Origin: the human T2T-CHM13v2.0 reference genome, Homo sapiens
NCBI RefSeq assembly: GCF_009914755.1
Contig: NC_060936.1
Length of the DNA: 64,000 nucleotides
Direction: 5' to 3' (one strand)
Made by a program: the position numbers and the translations under genes. This document shows, piece after piece, positions 1 through 17,488 of the stretch (within the stretch, counting starts at the first letter, position 1; every line of letters begins with the position of its first letter). The notes beneath the pieces are model-generated. The model was not told the origin of the DNA. It saw only the letters and a list, made by a program, of their open reading frames with translations, and did no database searches.

Positions 1-139
1 AACCTCCTCCTGCCTGTCTTGCTGTGTTCTGGGTGCGGCAATGCAAATGTTGATCAGAATAGTCCCCACCCTTAGGACTTTACCATCCTGTTCTTCACTA
101 GAATGTGATTAGGCCTGGGAGAATTAGATGAGATGGGGA

Positions 140-1071
<932 letters not shown>

Positions 1072-1294
1072 CTAGGGAAGCTTCAGGAAGGGGAAATGAA
1101 ACTGTGTTAGAGTTCCCCCAGGATAAAAATGGGTTATAAAAGGAGGAATTGCAGCAGAGGAAAGTAGTTTGTGCAAAATACTTAGACCTATGTTCCCTAG
1201 AGGACAAGTCATTCTGTAAAGGCTAGGGTAAAGCTAATCTAACAGGGAACTTGATTTACTTGCTTGCGGTTAAGAGAACAGGCTGACATCCATA

Positions 1295-1730
1295 GTTTTG
1301 TTTCTTAGATTGTATGTTTCAGTTCCAGAATTTCTATTTGACTCTTTTTTATAGTTTCTGTTTCTCTGCTGAGATTTCCCATCTGTTTATTCATTGTGAG
1401 TATATTTTCCTTTATAATACTGAATGCAATAATAATAGCTGCTTTAAAATCCTCATCTGATAATTCCAAAGTCTGGATCATTTCAAGGTTGGTCTACACA
1501 AATTGTCTTTTCTCTTGAAAAGAAAAGAAAAGACTTTTTTCTTGAAAAGAAAAGAACATGGGCCCCATGTACCTGGTTGTATGTCAAATAATTTTGGATT
1601 GCATCTTGGGTCTTATGAAAGTTATTTGTGAAGACTTTGGACTCTGTTATATTTCTGCAAAGAGTTTTGTTGTCTTGTTGTTAAACAGAGGATTGAGTTG
1701 CTTGGGCTGAACCTTCAGACTGTCTCTCTT
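1295..1730 (-). mobile_element. Ancient L1M fragment
   Basis: T-rich sequence resembling antisense L1 (tctctgctgagatttcccatctg). Confidence 0.55.
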
Positions 1731-2622
1731 GGAGTTTTTAGATATGTGGAGATAAAAAGGGGCTGGTGACAGGGAGAGCAAAGGTCATTGTCATCCTGTT
1801 TCCCTGACTTGCTGCCTTCCTCCTGAGAGACAGCATGCCCAGAAGAGGAACTCCCTCTCGGGATACAGATCTGCTTATCCTGGGGAGCTTTAATGTCAAG
1901 GAAATGTGGTTCGTTAATGGCTGCAGAGATTGATCTCTGTGCTCTCTGAAGCTGTCTAATATGCTGTGATTTTCATGTCTAGCCTTCCACAGGGCAATAA
2001 GATAGGTCTTAGCTCTCATTAGCAAGCTTTGTGCTTTAAAGCCCTAAGAAGGAGCTACAAAAATTTAATGAAAGTTGAGTGTAAATGGTATAACCATTTG
2101 AAAAGCATTTTGGCAGCATCCAGCAAAGCTTAGGCTGTGCACACTCTGTAAGCCTGCAGTCTCTCTCCTAAATATATCCCCCAGAGCCATGTCTCTCAAA
2201 CTCTTCAGATCATGACCCACAGGAAGAACATCTATATCCCAATCCTGCCGGCACCTATGCATGCAGACACCACACCTCTGAAGCAAAAGTGCCATGACAT
2301 ATTACTTACTATGTGTGATGCATTTCTAATACTGTTTTTTCCTATTATTTTTAATGCTGGGCATGGCTCACCAAATTGATTTCAATACTTATTAATGGCT
2401 ACAACTCTCATTTTGAAAAATACAACCCTTGAGAAACAAGGAGACGTGGACAAGAGTATTCCTGCAGCATTGTTCATGATGGAAACAGGAAACAACCTAA
2501 GTAGCCATCAACAGGAGTATAGACAAATAAATATTCATACAAGGGGACATTACACCGTAGTGAAAGTGGATGGACTACTGCGGTGTGTGTCAGCGTGAAT
2601 GAAGTTAGAAATTGTAATATTA

Positions 2623-3117
<495 letters not shown>

Positions 3118-5270
3118 CTATTGTTTTGTCTGGTGACCTTTTCTTTCTTAACCTAGTGGAGAGTGTGTGGCTCTTTGCTGTATTACTCCCTAAATCTTTT
3201 TGATCATCTAAAGTTCTTATTTTTAAAAAAACTCTAATGAAAGATCACAAGATTGCAAAACTGGTGCCAACTTTTCTTTCTCAATATTCCAGCTGCCAAT
3301 ATGCCGTTTTGCCTGCGGTTTGAGTAGCTCCTGCCACATTCCAGCCCTTGTGAACTGAGAATTTGCTCAAACCCTTTGTAAAATTTTAAATTACAGACGC
3401 CGTATAGAGGAACCAGAGCGCTCAGCCACTGTGACCCCACGCCCGTCTCATGTTGCCCATTATAACGTATTAATTTATATGGGAAAATGTGTAGCATACC
3501 CCTTGGCCCTGGGCCCATAACTGAGAAAGACTGCCCCGAAACACGCAGTCTTTAGTGCTTTTATATATTTAATGGCCTAGGGAATGAAGGAGGGGGTGGG
3601 ATGGGGGCGTGGGGCAGGGAACTCAACGATTTACTCTGCCCCCAGCCTTTTTCCCTCCCACAAATGCTTTCCAGTTCTCTTTTTAAAAGTTTCATGGTGA
3701 ACCAGTGAATAAATACCCCATAGTGGGCTGGCCTTTAAAAACAACAAAACTAGGCTACTGTGGAATAAATTATTGCCTTAGCAGCTAAGACACCTGAGGG
3801 AGGGGAAAAAAGAATGTGTGTATGTAATTGAGTGTCGTTGGAGAGCAAATTAAGGTGGTGTGTGTCTTGTTACTTAATGGCCCAGCTTAGGAGGGTTCTG
3901 GAAGGTTTCCAAAAACAGGAAATCAGGCCCCACTAATGTGCATGAAGAAAGCTGAGAGGGTCAGTGGAGGATGCAGGCACCCCGCAGCCGACGGCAGACC
4001 GAGGCAGGAAGCCCGTCTCACCTTTACCTGGCTTTCTTGTGCCAGCGAGGGTGACGTCCAGGAATGCCACGGTTCCCCTGTGAAACTGCTTCGTCTCATT
4101 AGGGAACACCTGAGTGCCGGCCTGTCCTGCCTTCATTCCCATCCTACCAGAAATCCAATTTGGTGATCTGTCTTCCAGGTGTGTGATCCTGGAGTTCTCC
4201 ACCCTCTAAGGCCTCACTGGCACAGGCACAGAACCCGAGAACCTGGGTTGTCTTCTCAGGTGGCTGAGAGAAACACAGGCAAGTGCTTGATCATGACAGG
4301 ACGTTCACATCAGCCTAAGCTCTGTGCCCCTAGGACGTACAAGAGGCAGGGATCCCTGAGAAAGAAAAGGGGAGACTGACAGTGCAGAATATAGAAATGA
4401 CAAAGAGAGGAGACAGACTGCTTAGGTGCGAGGTTCGGCCCTGAGGATAACCTTGGCCAAGGGTAAATTTGCATATTCCCTGAACACGACAAGCCTCCAT
4501 TCCCGAATCTGCACGGGGTCGGGGGAAATGATAGTAGCTGTCTCATGAAATGAACAAGGATGAAGGGGAACTCCCAGAGCAAGCCCTCAGCCAAGCACCT
4601 GGCTACTCTGAGTGCTCCAGAAACACCCGCTTTATCATTGTTGGAAGGGAACAGAGCGGACCCTACAACCGGGGAGGGTGTGGCTGGCCGCAGGATGGGC
4701 AGGTAGCAAGCAGCCCACACCGCAGTCTCTGGCCTGCTGAAGGAGTGGGCACCATTTTTCTCTGCATCCTCTTTCTGTAAAAGGCGGGGCAGCACCAGGC
4801 AGATGCTCAGTGCATCTCGCTCAAGGCCCATTCCAGAGTTTACCTGCCAGGGGAATCGAATTCCCTGAACAACATAAAACCGACTTCTAGCTGTTTCTTT
4901 CCGCAAACCCTTCACCCCTGGAGTGGACTTATGAATGCAGCGTGTTTTTATTTTCCCTAACTTAGCAGCCCGTTTTTGTCCTCTGTTTCTTCCTCCACAT
5001 TGTTCCTGGTAGACAGGAGAACAAAGTTAAAAAGACCCACAATATGAAATGTCACCAAGGATGGGAGCAGCCGCAACGGAACATTTACTTGTTGCTGTTT
5101 GGGGTGCAAAGTGATGTAACCCAGCAATCCCACTGCTGGGTATTTCCCCAAAAGAAATGAAAGCTCATCACACAAAGGCTTATGCCTTTACTCGTAATGG
5201 CTCCACCCTGGAAAAAAAACCCCACTTCCCCATCAGTAGAGACATACGCATAATAAAATGTATTCGTTGA

Positions 5271-5567
<297 letters not shown>

Positions 5568-5774
5568 GTATTTATTGTTTATCTGAAATTCAAACTTAAT
5601 TGAGTGTCCTGCATTCTCTGGCAACCCTGTTTGTGAGGAACTCGCAGAATAGCTGCAGGGAGGCGGTGGTGGGATCCACAGCAACACGTGAAACATAAAT
5701 ACACAGTAACAAACATGAAATATACAATAATAGAGACATGGTACCGTTTGCTGAGAAGTTACTATGTGCAGAGG

Positions 5775-6295
5775 GTCTAGTGGTTAAGAACAGAGGCTGC
5801 TTAGGTTGGAATCCCAGCCCTGCTACTTTCAAACTGTGTGATCATTTTGTGCCTTTGTCTCCTTATCCGTAAAATGGGTGTAAAAATTGTACCTACGTCC
5901 TAGGGCCAGGTATCGTGGCTCACGCCTGTAATCCCAGCACTTTGGGAGGCTGAGGCGGGAGGATCACTTGAGACCAGGATTTGAGACCAGCCTGGGCAAC
6001 ATGGTGAGACACTGTCTCTACCAAAAAAATAAAACAGAAACAAATATGCCAGGCATGGTGGCACGCACCTATAGCCCTAGCTACTCAGGAGGCTGAGGCA
6101 GGAGGATTGCTTGAGCCCAGGAGTTTGAGACTGGCCTGGGCAATATAGTAAGATCCTATTTCTACCAAAAATAAAATAAAATAAAATAAATAGTACCTAT
6201 ATCATAGGACTGCTCTGAGGTTTAAATGAGTGACAGGTATAAAGCACTTGGAATAGTGCCTGACACATAAAAAGTGCTCAGAAAATTTAGCTTTT
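5775..6295 (+). mobile_element. MIR interrupted by an AluJ-like element (5903-6190)
   Basis: MIR core motifs on both sides; TSD-like aaat(t/a)gtaccta..tc(c/a)tagg. Confidence 0.8.
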
Positions 6296-6353
6296 TATAG
6301 CAGCAGGTTCATATTAGCTAAAGAAAATTGCTGTAAATTAAAAAGTTGTTTCA

Positions 6354-6647
<294 letters not shown>

Positions 6648-7254
6648 GTTTCTTCAGATGAATTCACCTAAACTAGGGGCCAAGTTTAATGGAGAACAGT
6701 TGGGGAGGAAGGTTTTGCCTGAGACTTTATGTTGAAAAATGAAACAAGGTTATAAACATTTATCAGATGACAATTGCAATAATGTACTAAGCCTTAAAAT
6801 TCACAAAAGAATAACTCAACAAGGTTTTGGGAGGTGTCATTTTTCTGGCAAAATTATGAAGTACCGTAAGAGAATGTCCTTTCTTTTGGCAACTCCCATG
6901 GCCAGGCCTTAAAGCAGTTCCCTTCTGAGGAAGTGGCCCAGGACGACACGTATCCCCTGGTGGGCTCCTGAGGCCACCGCAGCAGCAGCACCTTATCAAT
7001 TTTCTCCTCAATTGTCAACCATTCTCCCTCATTGACCCACCTTTGCCGGTGGCTTCCAGTGGAAATCAGGCCATTTTCCAACACTGCTTTCACCAACTTC
7101 TTGAAATCGACATTTTTGCCCAGATTTGTTGTTTCCTTATGCAGCCTTTTTTACAAGGTTTCTGCGTTGCTTGGTTGGCTTTTGGAGACATGGGTAAGAA
7201 AGTGACCATAAGATGAGTGGACAATGAATAACAGGATGACGTTGAGTTACCACT

Positions 7255-8080
7255 GGGCCCAGCGTTTCCACTGCTAGGTTTATGCCCAAGAGAATTGAAA
7301 ATGAAGGACTCAAACAAGCAAAAACACATCCAAGCAGCACCATTCACAGCAGCCTGAAGGTGAATACAGTCCATCTGCTGAAGAATGGAAACGCAAATTG
7401 TGGTCTGTCTCTTTAGTGGAGTATTATTCTGCAATGAAAAAGGAATGAGGCTGGGTGTGGTGGCACATGCCTGTAATCCCGGCACTTTGGGAGGCCGAGG
7501 GGGGTGGATCGCTTAAGGCCAGGAGTTTGAGACCAGCCTGGGCAACATATTGAGACATGATCTCTACAAAATAAAAATAAAAATAAACAAATACGCCAGG
7601 CATGGTGGCATGTACCTGTAGTCCTAGCTACTTAGGAGGCTGAGGCAGGAGGATCACCTGAACCTAGGAGTTCAAGGCTGCAGTGAGCTATGATCACACC
7701 ACTGCACTCTAGCCTGGGTGACAGAGCGAGACTGTCTCTAAAAAGAAAAGGAGTGAAGGATTGATGCCTGCTACACGGTGGATGGACGTCAGAAACATCG
7801 TGCTAAGTGGAAGAAGTCCAATGCAAAGGACCCTGTATTGCCTGATTCCATGTATACAAAATGTCCAGAATAGGCAAATTCGTGGAGAGCAGATGTGGTT
7901 GCAGGGGCTGGGGGAAGAGGGAAAGGGGAGTGGCTGCTGGCAGCTACGGGGTTTTCTTTGGGGTGGAAAATGTTCTGAACCTAGACAGAGGTGGCGGTTG
8001 CACAACATTGTAAATGCCACTGAATTGTTCACCTTTAAATGGCCAATTTTGTTATGTGAATTTCATCCCAATTGAAAAAA
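7255..8080 (+). mobile_element. L1MB-like 3' fragment interrupted by an AluJ (7449-7745)
   Basis: ccactgctaggtttatgcccaagagaattgaaa ... tgccactgaattgttcacctttaaatgg; Alu dimer inside. Confidence 0.8.
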
Positions 8081-8634
8081 CAAATAACAGAATGGTCAAG
8101 TGGGGCCTCGTTTGACAAGAGGACAGTACATTGGTGAACGTGTTCTTGGGATGATAACATTTGCGCCTCACCTTGGAAGACGGGGAGCAAGCAATGGGGG
8201 CTGAAACAACGAGGACCCTTGTCTTCCACGTTGGCCCCTGGGAGCTTCTCAGCCAAGTCTGGCTCTGGATGGACCCCAAGATGAGTCCAGAATCCAGGAA
8301 GGTTGTGGACCTAACAGGGCCACGCGGTAGCCCAGATTTCATGGGGTCTGGGCTTGGGCTGTGGCTGTGGATGGGACTGGCCTCCACGTGGCCTCTTGTC
8401 CTCCTCCTGTGAGTTCAGGTGGGCGTGGGGGGTGCCCAGATTGGGGACTGCCACATTTGCTCTTTCCTATGAGGGAGGGACAGGACGCTGAATCCTGTCA
8501 CATCTCCTGATGGGCTTGGTGGCCTCAGGGATCCGGAAGCAGGCTGCAAGGGAGCAAAGACACCCGGGGAGCAGATGAGAAAGACTCGGACGGGAGCCAG
8601 GAGCCTGAACTGCAGCCGCAGGCAAAGCTGTGCT

Positions 8635-8820
8635 GACACTGGGCTCCGTCCTCATCAGCCATGTGGCCTGGGGCAGGTCCTTTAGCCTCCAGCCCCTCAG
8701 TGGCTGCACCTGTGACATGGGCACGGTAGCAGCACCAAGCTCCTCCAGGTGTCGTGAGGGTTCAGTGAAGTAAGGTTTGCAAAGCACTCAGCCTCAGAGT
8801 TATTACTGTTGTCACTGTTG
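8635..8820 (+). mobile_element. MIR
   Basis: catgtggcctggggcagg...cacctgtgacatggg...aaagcactcag. Confidence 0.6.
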
Positions 8821-9279
8821 CCATTGCTCCTTTACAACCTCAGGTGCCACACACTAAGGAATGAAGGCCTTTTCGGAACCATTTTTGACCTGAAAAGTCC
8901 ACAGAAGCTGCCATCAGCCTCCTGCGTCCGCACATGTCAGACTTAAAGAAGGGAGCGGTGCAGATGGAGCCCGGTGCTTGCTCATTTTCCACTCCAGCCT
9001 GAAAAAGCTCAAGTGTGCAAGCAATTACAGGCGAGAGGAAAAGACCATCCACTCCCTAGACTAAGAGAGGAAGCAATTAGGGAGACGGTTGCCGAGGTGT
9101 TGGCAGAGAGAGCCCCAGAGAAGGGCGGGGCAGCTGTTGGAGCTGAAAGAGGAGGGATACTGAGGCTGGCAGCTGTCCTTGGAAGCTGGTCTGCAGGGGC
9201 TGGTCAGGGAGGGAGGAGGAGGGAGGGGACCCTACTTCAGCAGTTTGGAGGCACCCCAGGAAGGTGAAAGGCCGGATAC

Positions 9280-10085
<806 letters not shown>

Positions 10086-10411
10086 CCACCACCTTAAGTC
10101 ATGATGGAGTGGGTGTTTATTCAGTTTCATCTTGGCTTTTTCTTGGTGTGAATGAAGTTTGTGGAAAACATACAAGAGGCTGGAATGGGGAGACCCTTTA
10201 AAGCTGTGGGTGTCAGCCCTGGCTATATTGGGACACCCAGGCCACACCCCAGACTTGGCAAAAAGGAATGTCCGGTGTCCCACTGCCCCAGCCACAAGGG
10301 CTGCCCTGCAAATCCTGAACACAGCAAGCTCCTTCCTGCCCTCGGGACCTCTTACTGTTCCCGCCGACAGGAAAGTGCTTTTCCCAGATGTGGGCTGCCT
10401 TGCTCGCTGGT

Positions 10412-10850
10412 TGTTTTTTGTTTCTTTGTTTTTTTGAGACAGGGTCTTGCTCTGTTGCCCAGGCTGGAGTGCAGTGGCACGATCACCACTCACTGCAGTC
10501 TCGACCTCTCAGGCTCCAGCAATCCTCACTCTTCATCTCCCATCCCCCTCCCCAGGTAACCACCTATCTGTCCTCCCAGGCTCAAGCAATCCTCACTCTT
10601 CATCTCCCATCCCCCTCCCCAGGTAACCACCCATCTGTCTTCGTCTGTAGGATTTACCTGTTCTGGACATTTCATATAAACAGAGTCATATGGTGCATAT
10701 GCTACATGGCCCTTTATGTCTGGCTTCTTTCACTCACTCAGCATCATGTTTCCAAGGTTCATCATCATAGCACGGATCAGGGCTTCATTCCCTTTGTGGC
10801 TGATGATGCTCCACTGTGTGGAACATTTATTTGGGCTGCTTCAGTGTCCA
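10412..10850 (-). mobile_element. Truncated Alu arm (10412-10527) fused to an L1M 3' fragment
   Basis: ttttgagacagggtcttgctctgttgccc... then ttctggacatttcatataaacagagtcat. Confidence 0.75.
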
Positions 10851-11457
10851 AGGATCTTAGCGGGAGAAAATCCCAGATACTTAATCCACAAGCTCAGGAA
10901 TGTCAGGGGTAAGTCCTTCTGGAACATTCATCTAATTGTCAGTGGGCTCAAGGTGGAGTTAGCTCAACCTGTTGGCATAGACCACAGCCTCCAAGTGTCC
11001 AAGAGGCACACGATTAGAAAGTTGGACCTGTGAATGGCACTGACTGTGGGACATGTTTGTCCCTTACGAGAGGCCACTGGAGTGAGTCTGTAAGAGGAAA
11101 TCCCTCCTGTTCAAGCAGGATACCTTCCACCGGAGCCTGCAGGGAGAATGAGCTAGTGAGACCTCAATCATGGAGGCTCTCATCTCGTGGCCTCAGTCAC
11201 AACACGCCCAGAATGTCAACTCCACACCTTTGCTGCCGCTCTGATCTTCCCCCGAGAACCGGGTCTGTTTCCCAGCACAGCGATCAGATCCCATCCCCTG
11301 CAGCCTCCTCACAGCCTGTGAGTCCCAAATGTACCTCAGAGTCTTCCCACCCCAAAAGCGTCTAGGTCTTGACACCACAGTCCCCTTGTGGCCCAGGCTG
11401 GAAAACTGTAGCTATGCTTTCTTCTTTTTCCTCCTTCCCAGATTCCTCCTTTAGTAG

Positions 11458-11897
<440 letters not shown>

Positions 11898-12433
11898 CTC
11901 GCCTACACTCTTTTTGCAGAATCCTCAATGTCTTCCTTATCTCCTGCCTTGGACCAATTCCTCCTCTCTGCTGCAAATTTAATAGTCTGGACTTAAGGAT
12001 AGCTTTTTTTTTTTTTTTTGGTTTGTTTGCTTGTTTGTTTTTTAATGTAAAGGACAAAAAAAAGAGTCACCAACTTTTACTAACATTTTATTTTGCCAAC
12101 TAAACATGCCATAAAAAAGAATGACTGAACTGTATCTACAATGCCTGCCACTTAATGAAAAGAGATGATTACACAAAATGCATTGTAACCCGTCCCAGAT
12201 GAAACCCATCAAACCCAGCAAAACCTCTTGACGTCCTTCTTTGTCTCACTTCACCTGAGGCTGAACAACCTTTGCCCAGTACTGAGGAATGATGGGCATT
12301 TGGAGCCACGGGCGCATGGAATATGATCCAAACTCCAGCATCACTCCCAAGACAGCTGCCTGTGTGAGAAGAGATGAAGAATAAGAGGATAAGAGAAAAA
12401 GCTAAAGTGACATTAAAAAAAGAGAGAGAGAAG

Positions 12434-12736
12434 GGCCAGGCGCGGTGGCTCACGCCTGTAATCCCAGCACTTTGGGAGGCGGAGGTGGGCAGATCACTTG
12501 AGGTCAGGCATTCAAGACCAGCCTGGCCAACATGGGGAAACCCTGTCTCTACTAAAAATAAAAAAAAATTAGCTGGGCGTGATGGCGGGCGCCTGTATTC
12601 CCAGCTACTCGGGAGGTTGAGGCAGGAGAATCGCTTGAACCCGAGGGCGGAGGTTGCAGTCAGCCGAGATCGCACCATTGCACTCCAGCCTGTGTGACAA
12701 GAGCAAGACTCTGTCTCAAAAAAAAAAAAAAAAAAA
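12434..12736 (+). mobile_element. Alu (AluS)
   Basis: Full dimer; TSD-like aaagagagagagaag. Confidence 0.95.
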
Positions 12737-13099
12737 CCCAAAAGAGAGAGAGAGAAGGAGAGAGTTGAAAGGGGAGGGAGCAAGAAAAAAAGAGAGAGAG
12801 AGAGCGCGCTGGGTAAGGGATGAGGAAGTCATAAGGAAACTAATGCTATGAGATGAAGTGATGTTTGGACGCAGAAGAAAACCAAGTGCGTGAGAGCAGA
12901 GAGCAAGACTAAGGCTCTGCCCAGGTTGCAGGAGGAAAGAGAAACCGATGAACACAGAATGAATGAATGACATTCACGACAGTGTCTTTGTAACTGGAGA
13001 AAGTATGACTGCCAACAAAAACAATACACCAAACATTGTGATGGAAAGAAAATCTCGTCCTGTTTTAAAGATGAAAACGGTATTAGAAATTCACAGCTT

Positions 13100-13100
13100 G

Positions 13101-13145
<45 letters not shown>
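13100..13145 (+). repeat. (GC)n(AC)n microsatellite
   Basis: gcgcgcgc followed by an uninterrupted CA run. Confidence 0.95.
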
Positions 13146-13149
<4 letters not shown>

Positions 13150-13409
13150 CAGGCAGCAGAGGAATGGGAGATAGTTCAATGTCATTGATCTCACTTTACA
13201 CAGATACGATTTCATTCCTGACCTTGATCATGACAGAGAGGCTTGAATGTTTCGTACTTAAAGCCTCGTGTTCGACAAAAAACCATTTGACATCCTTAGA
13301 GGGAAAAGGAAGAAAATAGTTTCCACATATAGAGAGTACTAAATAGCGGAGATTGCAAAGAGAACTAAAACACAACAGAAAACAAGATGAGAGAAGGAAC
13401 ACTTAGCGG

Positions 13410-13620
13410 ATTAGTTAGGAAAATAAATAAAAATGGATTAAACGGCACAAAGATGAACTCTAGCACAAATGGGAAAATCCAACATCCAACTACGTGCCTT
13501 ATAGAAGGAACATGCCTAAAATGAGGTGACACCGAAATACAGGGAGGGACAAAAAAATGCGTCTGGCCGCTGCAGAAGGGAAAACAAGACGGACAGATAC
13601 TGAGGGAGATAAGTGAATAC
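13410..13620 (+). mobile_element. Ancient L1 ORF2 endonuclease-region fossil
   Basis: Degenerate matches to the L1 EN motifs NGLN (aatggattaaac) and PT.C.L.ETHLK (ccaactacgtgccttatagaaggaacatgcctaaaa). Confidence 0.45.
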
Positions 13621-14244
13621 GTCATCAATCAGTAAAGCCAATGAAGCATTCAGCTTTTCAGAAGACGGAGACTTTGAAGGAAAAGGCGTCAGATGGATCA
13701 TTCTGTATTGATAAAATCACTTTGCCCCAAATAATTCAGCCTTGATAGATGCAGAAGACATAGGCTGAAACCCACTTGAAAATCTGATCTTCATCCCTCT
13801 CTCTCTCTCCCTCCACCCAGCACATGTCTGAGTCCTTAGCTCTGACAGTGAACTTTATATTTTTTCACAAGTCTTTAACTCAAAGATTTTTTTCTCTCTC
13901 TCTCTTTCCAAGGAACTTCTATTCAGAAACCATTCCAGGCACTTGGAATTCGGAATCTAAATATCCCTGACGCAGCCCCAGGCCCTAACTGCCCCCCGCC
14001 CCTCCCCGGCCGCCTGCCACGGCCGTCATATCTTATTTTTTCTTACCATCTGTCCTCACCGCTCAGTCCTAATTCCCCGAGCTGCTTGCCCTCTTCCTGC
14101 CCCAGGCATATTGTGCTTATTCACGAAGCCGGAGCTTTCTCTGGAGATAAGAAATAAGTTCATCCTTCCTGTTCACCGTTCAACCACACACACCCTCTGG
14201 GGATTCGAGAATGCTGAAGTGTTAAGCAATACAGTTGTCAAAGT

Positions 14245-15010
<766 letters not shown>

Positions 15011-15257
15011 TGGCTTTCCTCCCCTCAGCATGTGGAAATCCCCCTTTCTAAGGGCTGGGGCTCCGATTACGTGCAGGTGGAATAATGCAGGATTTTACAG
15101 TGGGCAGGACTCTAGTGCCCTGAGTTTTGCTTTTCCATGGAGTCTGGAGACAGTGGCCCTCCACGATGGACCGTTAACTTCAGTGACTGGGATTCTCCCC
15201 TGTCATAGCTGCCTGTCCACGGGGATGAGGGGTCATCACAAAGTATCTCAGACGCTG

Positions 15258-15972
<715 letters not shown>

Positions 15973-16970
15973 AGAGCAGGTGTTTCCTGGAAAGTGTGTG
16001 GTTCCCTCTCGGCTTATGAAGGGAGTATGAGCCATATCTGGGTTGATAATGGGCTTTGCTGTTCTCAGAGGCAAAGGCATAACTCTCTCTGGGAGTACTG
16101 CTTTTCCTGGGGGGATTCCGTCAGAACGGAGCTGGCCTGGGGATCAGGCAGTGGGATCCCCAGGCCGGCCCCGAGCCATGCATTTCTCTCCTGGGGGTCC
16201 GCTGGCTCCGGGGCAGAACACAGGCCTGTGTGGTCAGCTGAGCTGGGCCCTGGGGGCCAGGGAGACCTCACTCACGCCTGGCCTGCCTTCCAGGCAGAGG
16301 AACGCGGAGCAGAGAGGACCTCTGTCCCTCACACACCCCTCACCGGGCCCGGGGGGCATGTGCTGCCCCAGACCGAGCAGAACTGGTTCACAACAAGGCT
16401 CCCAGAATGACCCTGGGGCCACAGCGGCTGCTGCTCTGCTAGGGGTGCGTGGAGTTTGGTTGGTGTCCACCTACTTGGCTCAGGTGTCTCCAGAGGGCCC
16501 CAACTTCCTCCCTGCCTGGCTTGGGTCTAAAAGAAAACACCAGAAGTTTTCAGGCACCCTGGCTCAGCAGCCGCGAACCAGGCCTGGCCCCTCAGCTGAC
16601 CACACTGGGCCTCTGCTCCCTGGAGGCCAAGTTGAGAGACTCTCCCAAGAGTGGAGGCCACTCCCTTTAGCCCCTCGCAGAAGTTGCTGCCTCCTGCTCT
16701 ACTGGTGTGACTGCCTGGCTCTGTCTTCCTTTCCCTCCTCCACCTCAGAATCTCTCTCCAGCCTCCAAATATCCCCTTCCTCACCCCATCGGTTAGGTGA
16801 GCAGGCCATGGCCAGGCTGCTGGTGCAATTCCATTCCATCTTTAGCCAGCTGTGTGGCCTTGGGTGACAAGCTCGACCTCTCTGTGCCTTGGTTTCCCTG
16901 TCTCTAAAGTGGGGCCACAGTGCCATGGCCGAGCAGCACGCCTTAGAAAGAGCTTCTCTCTGGAGATGTA

Positions 16971-16973
16971 TTT

Positions 16974-17021
<48 letters not shown>

Positions 17022-17216
17022 TTCTTTCTTCCTTTCTTTCTTTCTTTTCTTTCTTTCTCTCTCTCTCTCTTTCTTTCTCTCTCTTTCTTTCCTTTCTTTT
17101 TCTTTCTTTCTTTTCTTTCTCTCTCTCTCTCTTTCTCTCTCTCTCTTTCTTTCTTTCCTTTCTTTCTTTCTCTCTCTCTCTTTCTCTCTTTCTTTCTTTC
17201 TTTTTTTTTTTTTTTT
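16971..17216 (+). repeat. (TTTC)n/(TC)n tract, the expanded tail of a minus-strand Alu
   Basis: Contiguous with the Alu at 17217-17488; both are enclosed by TSD-like gatgtatt(t/c)tctt. Confidence 0.9.
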
Positions 17217-17488
17217 GACAGAGTCTCACTCTGTTACCCAGGCTGGAGTGCAGTGGTACAATCTCAGCTCATTGCAACCTCCGCGTCCCAGGTTCAAGTG
17301 ATTCTTGTGCCTCGTAGCTGGGATTACAGGTGCACGCCACCACGTCCAGCTAATTTTTGTATTTTTGGTAGAGACAGGTTTTCACCATGTTGCCCAGGCT
17401 GGTCTTGAACCCCTGGCATCAAGTGATCCTCCCACCTTGGCCTCCCAAAGCGCTGGGTGGGATTGCAGGTGTGTGCCACTGCGCCCAG
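17217..17488 (-). mobile_element. Alu with a small internal deletion
   Basis: Antisense dimer; reads gtgcctc^gtagctgg, lacking agcctcccga. Confidence 0.9.

Noticed and set aside
16699-17301. K/E/R-rich and F/L/S-rich ORFs
   Set aside because: Translations of the TTTC microsatellite and Alu.
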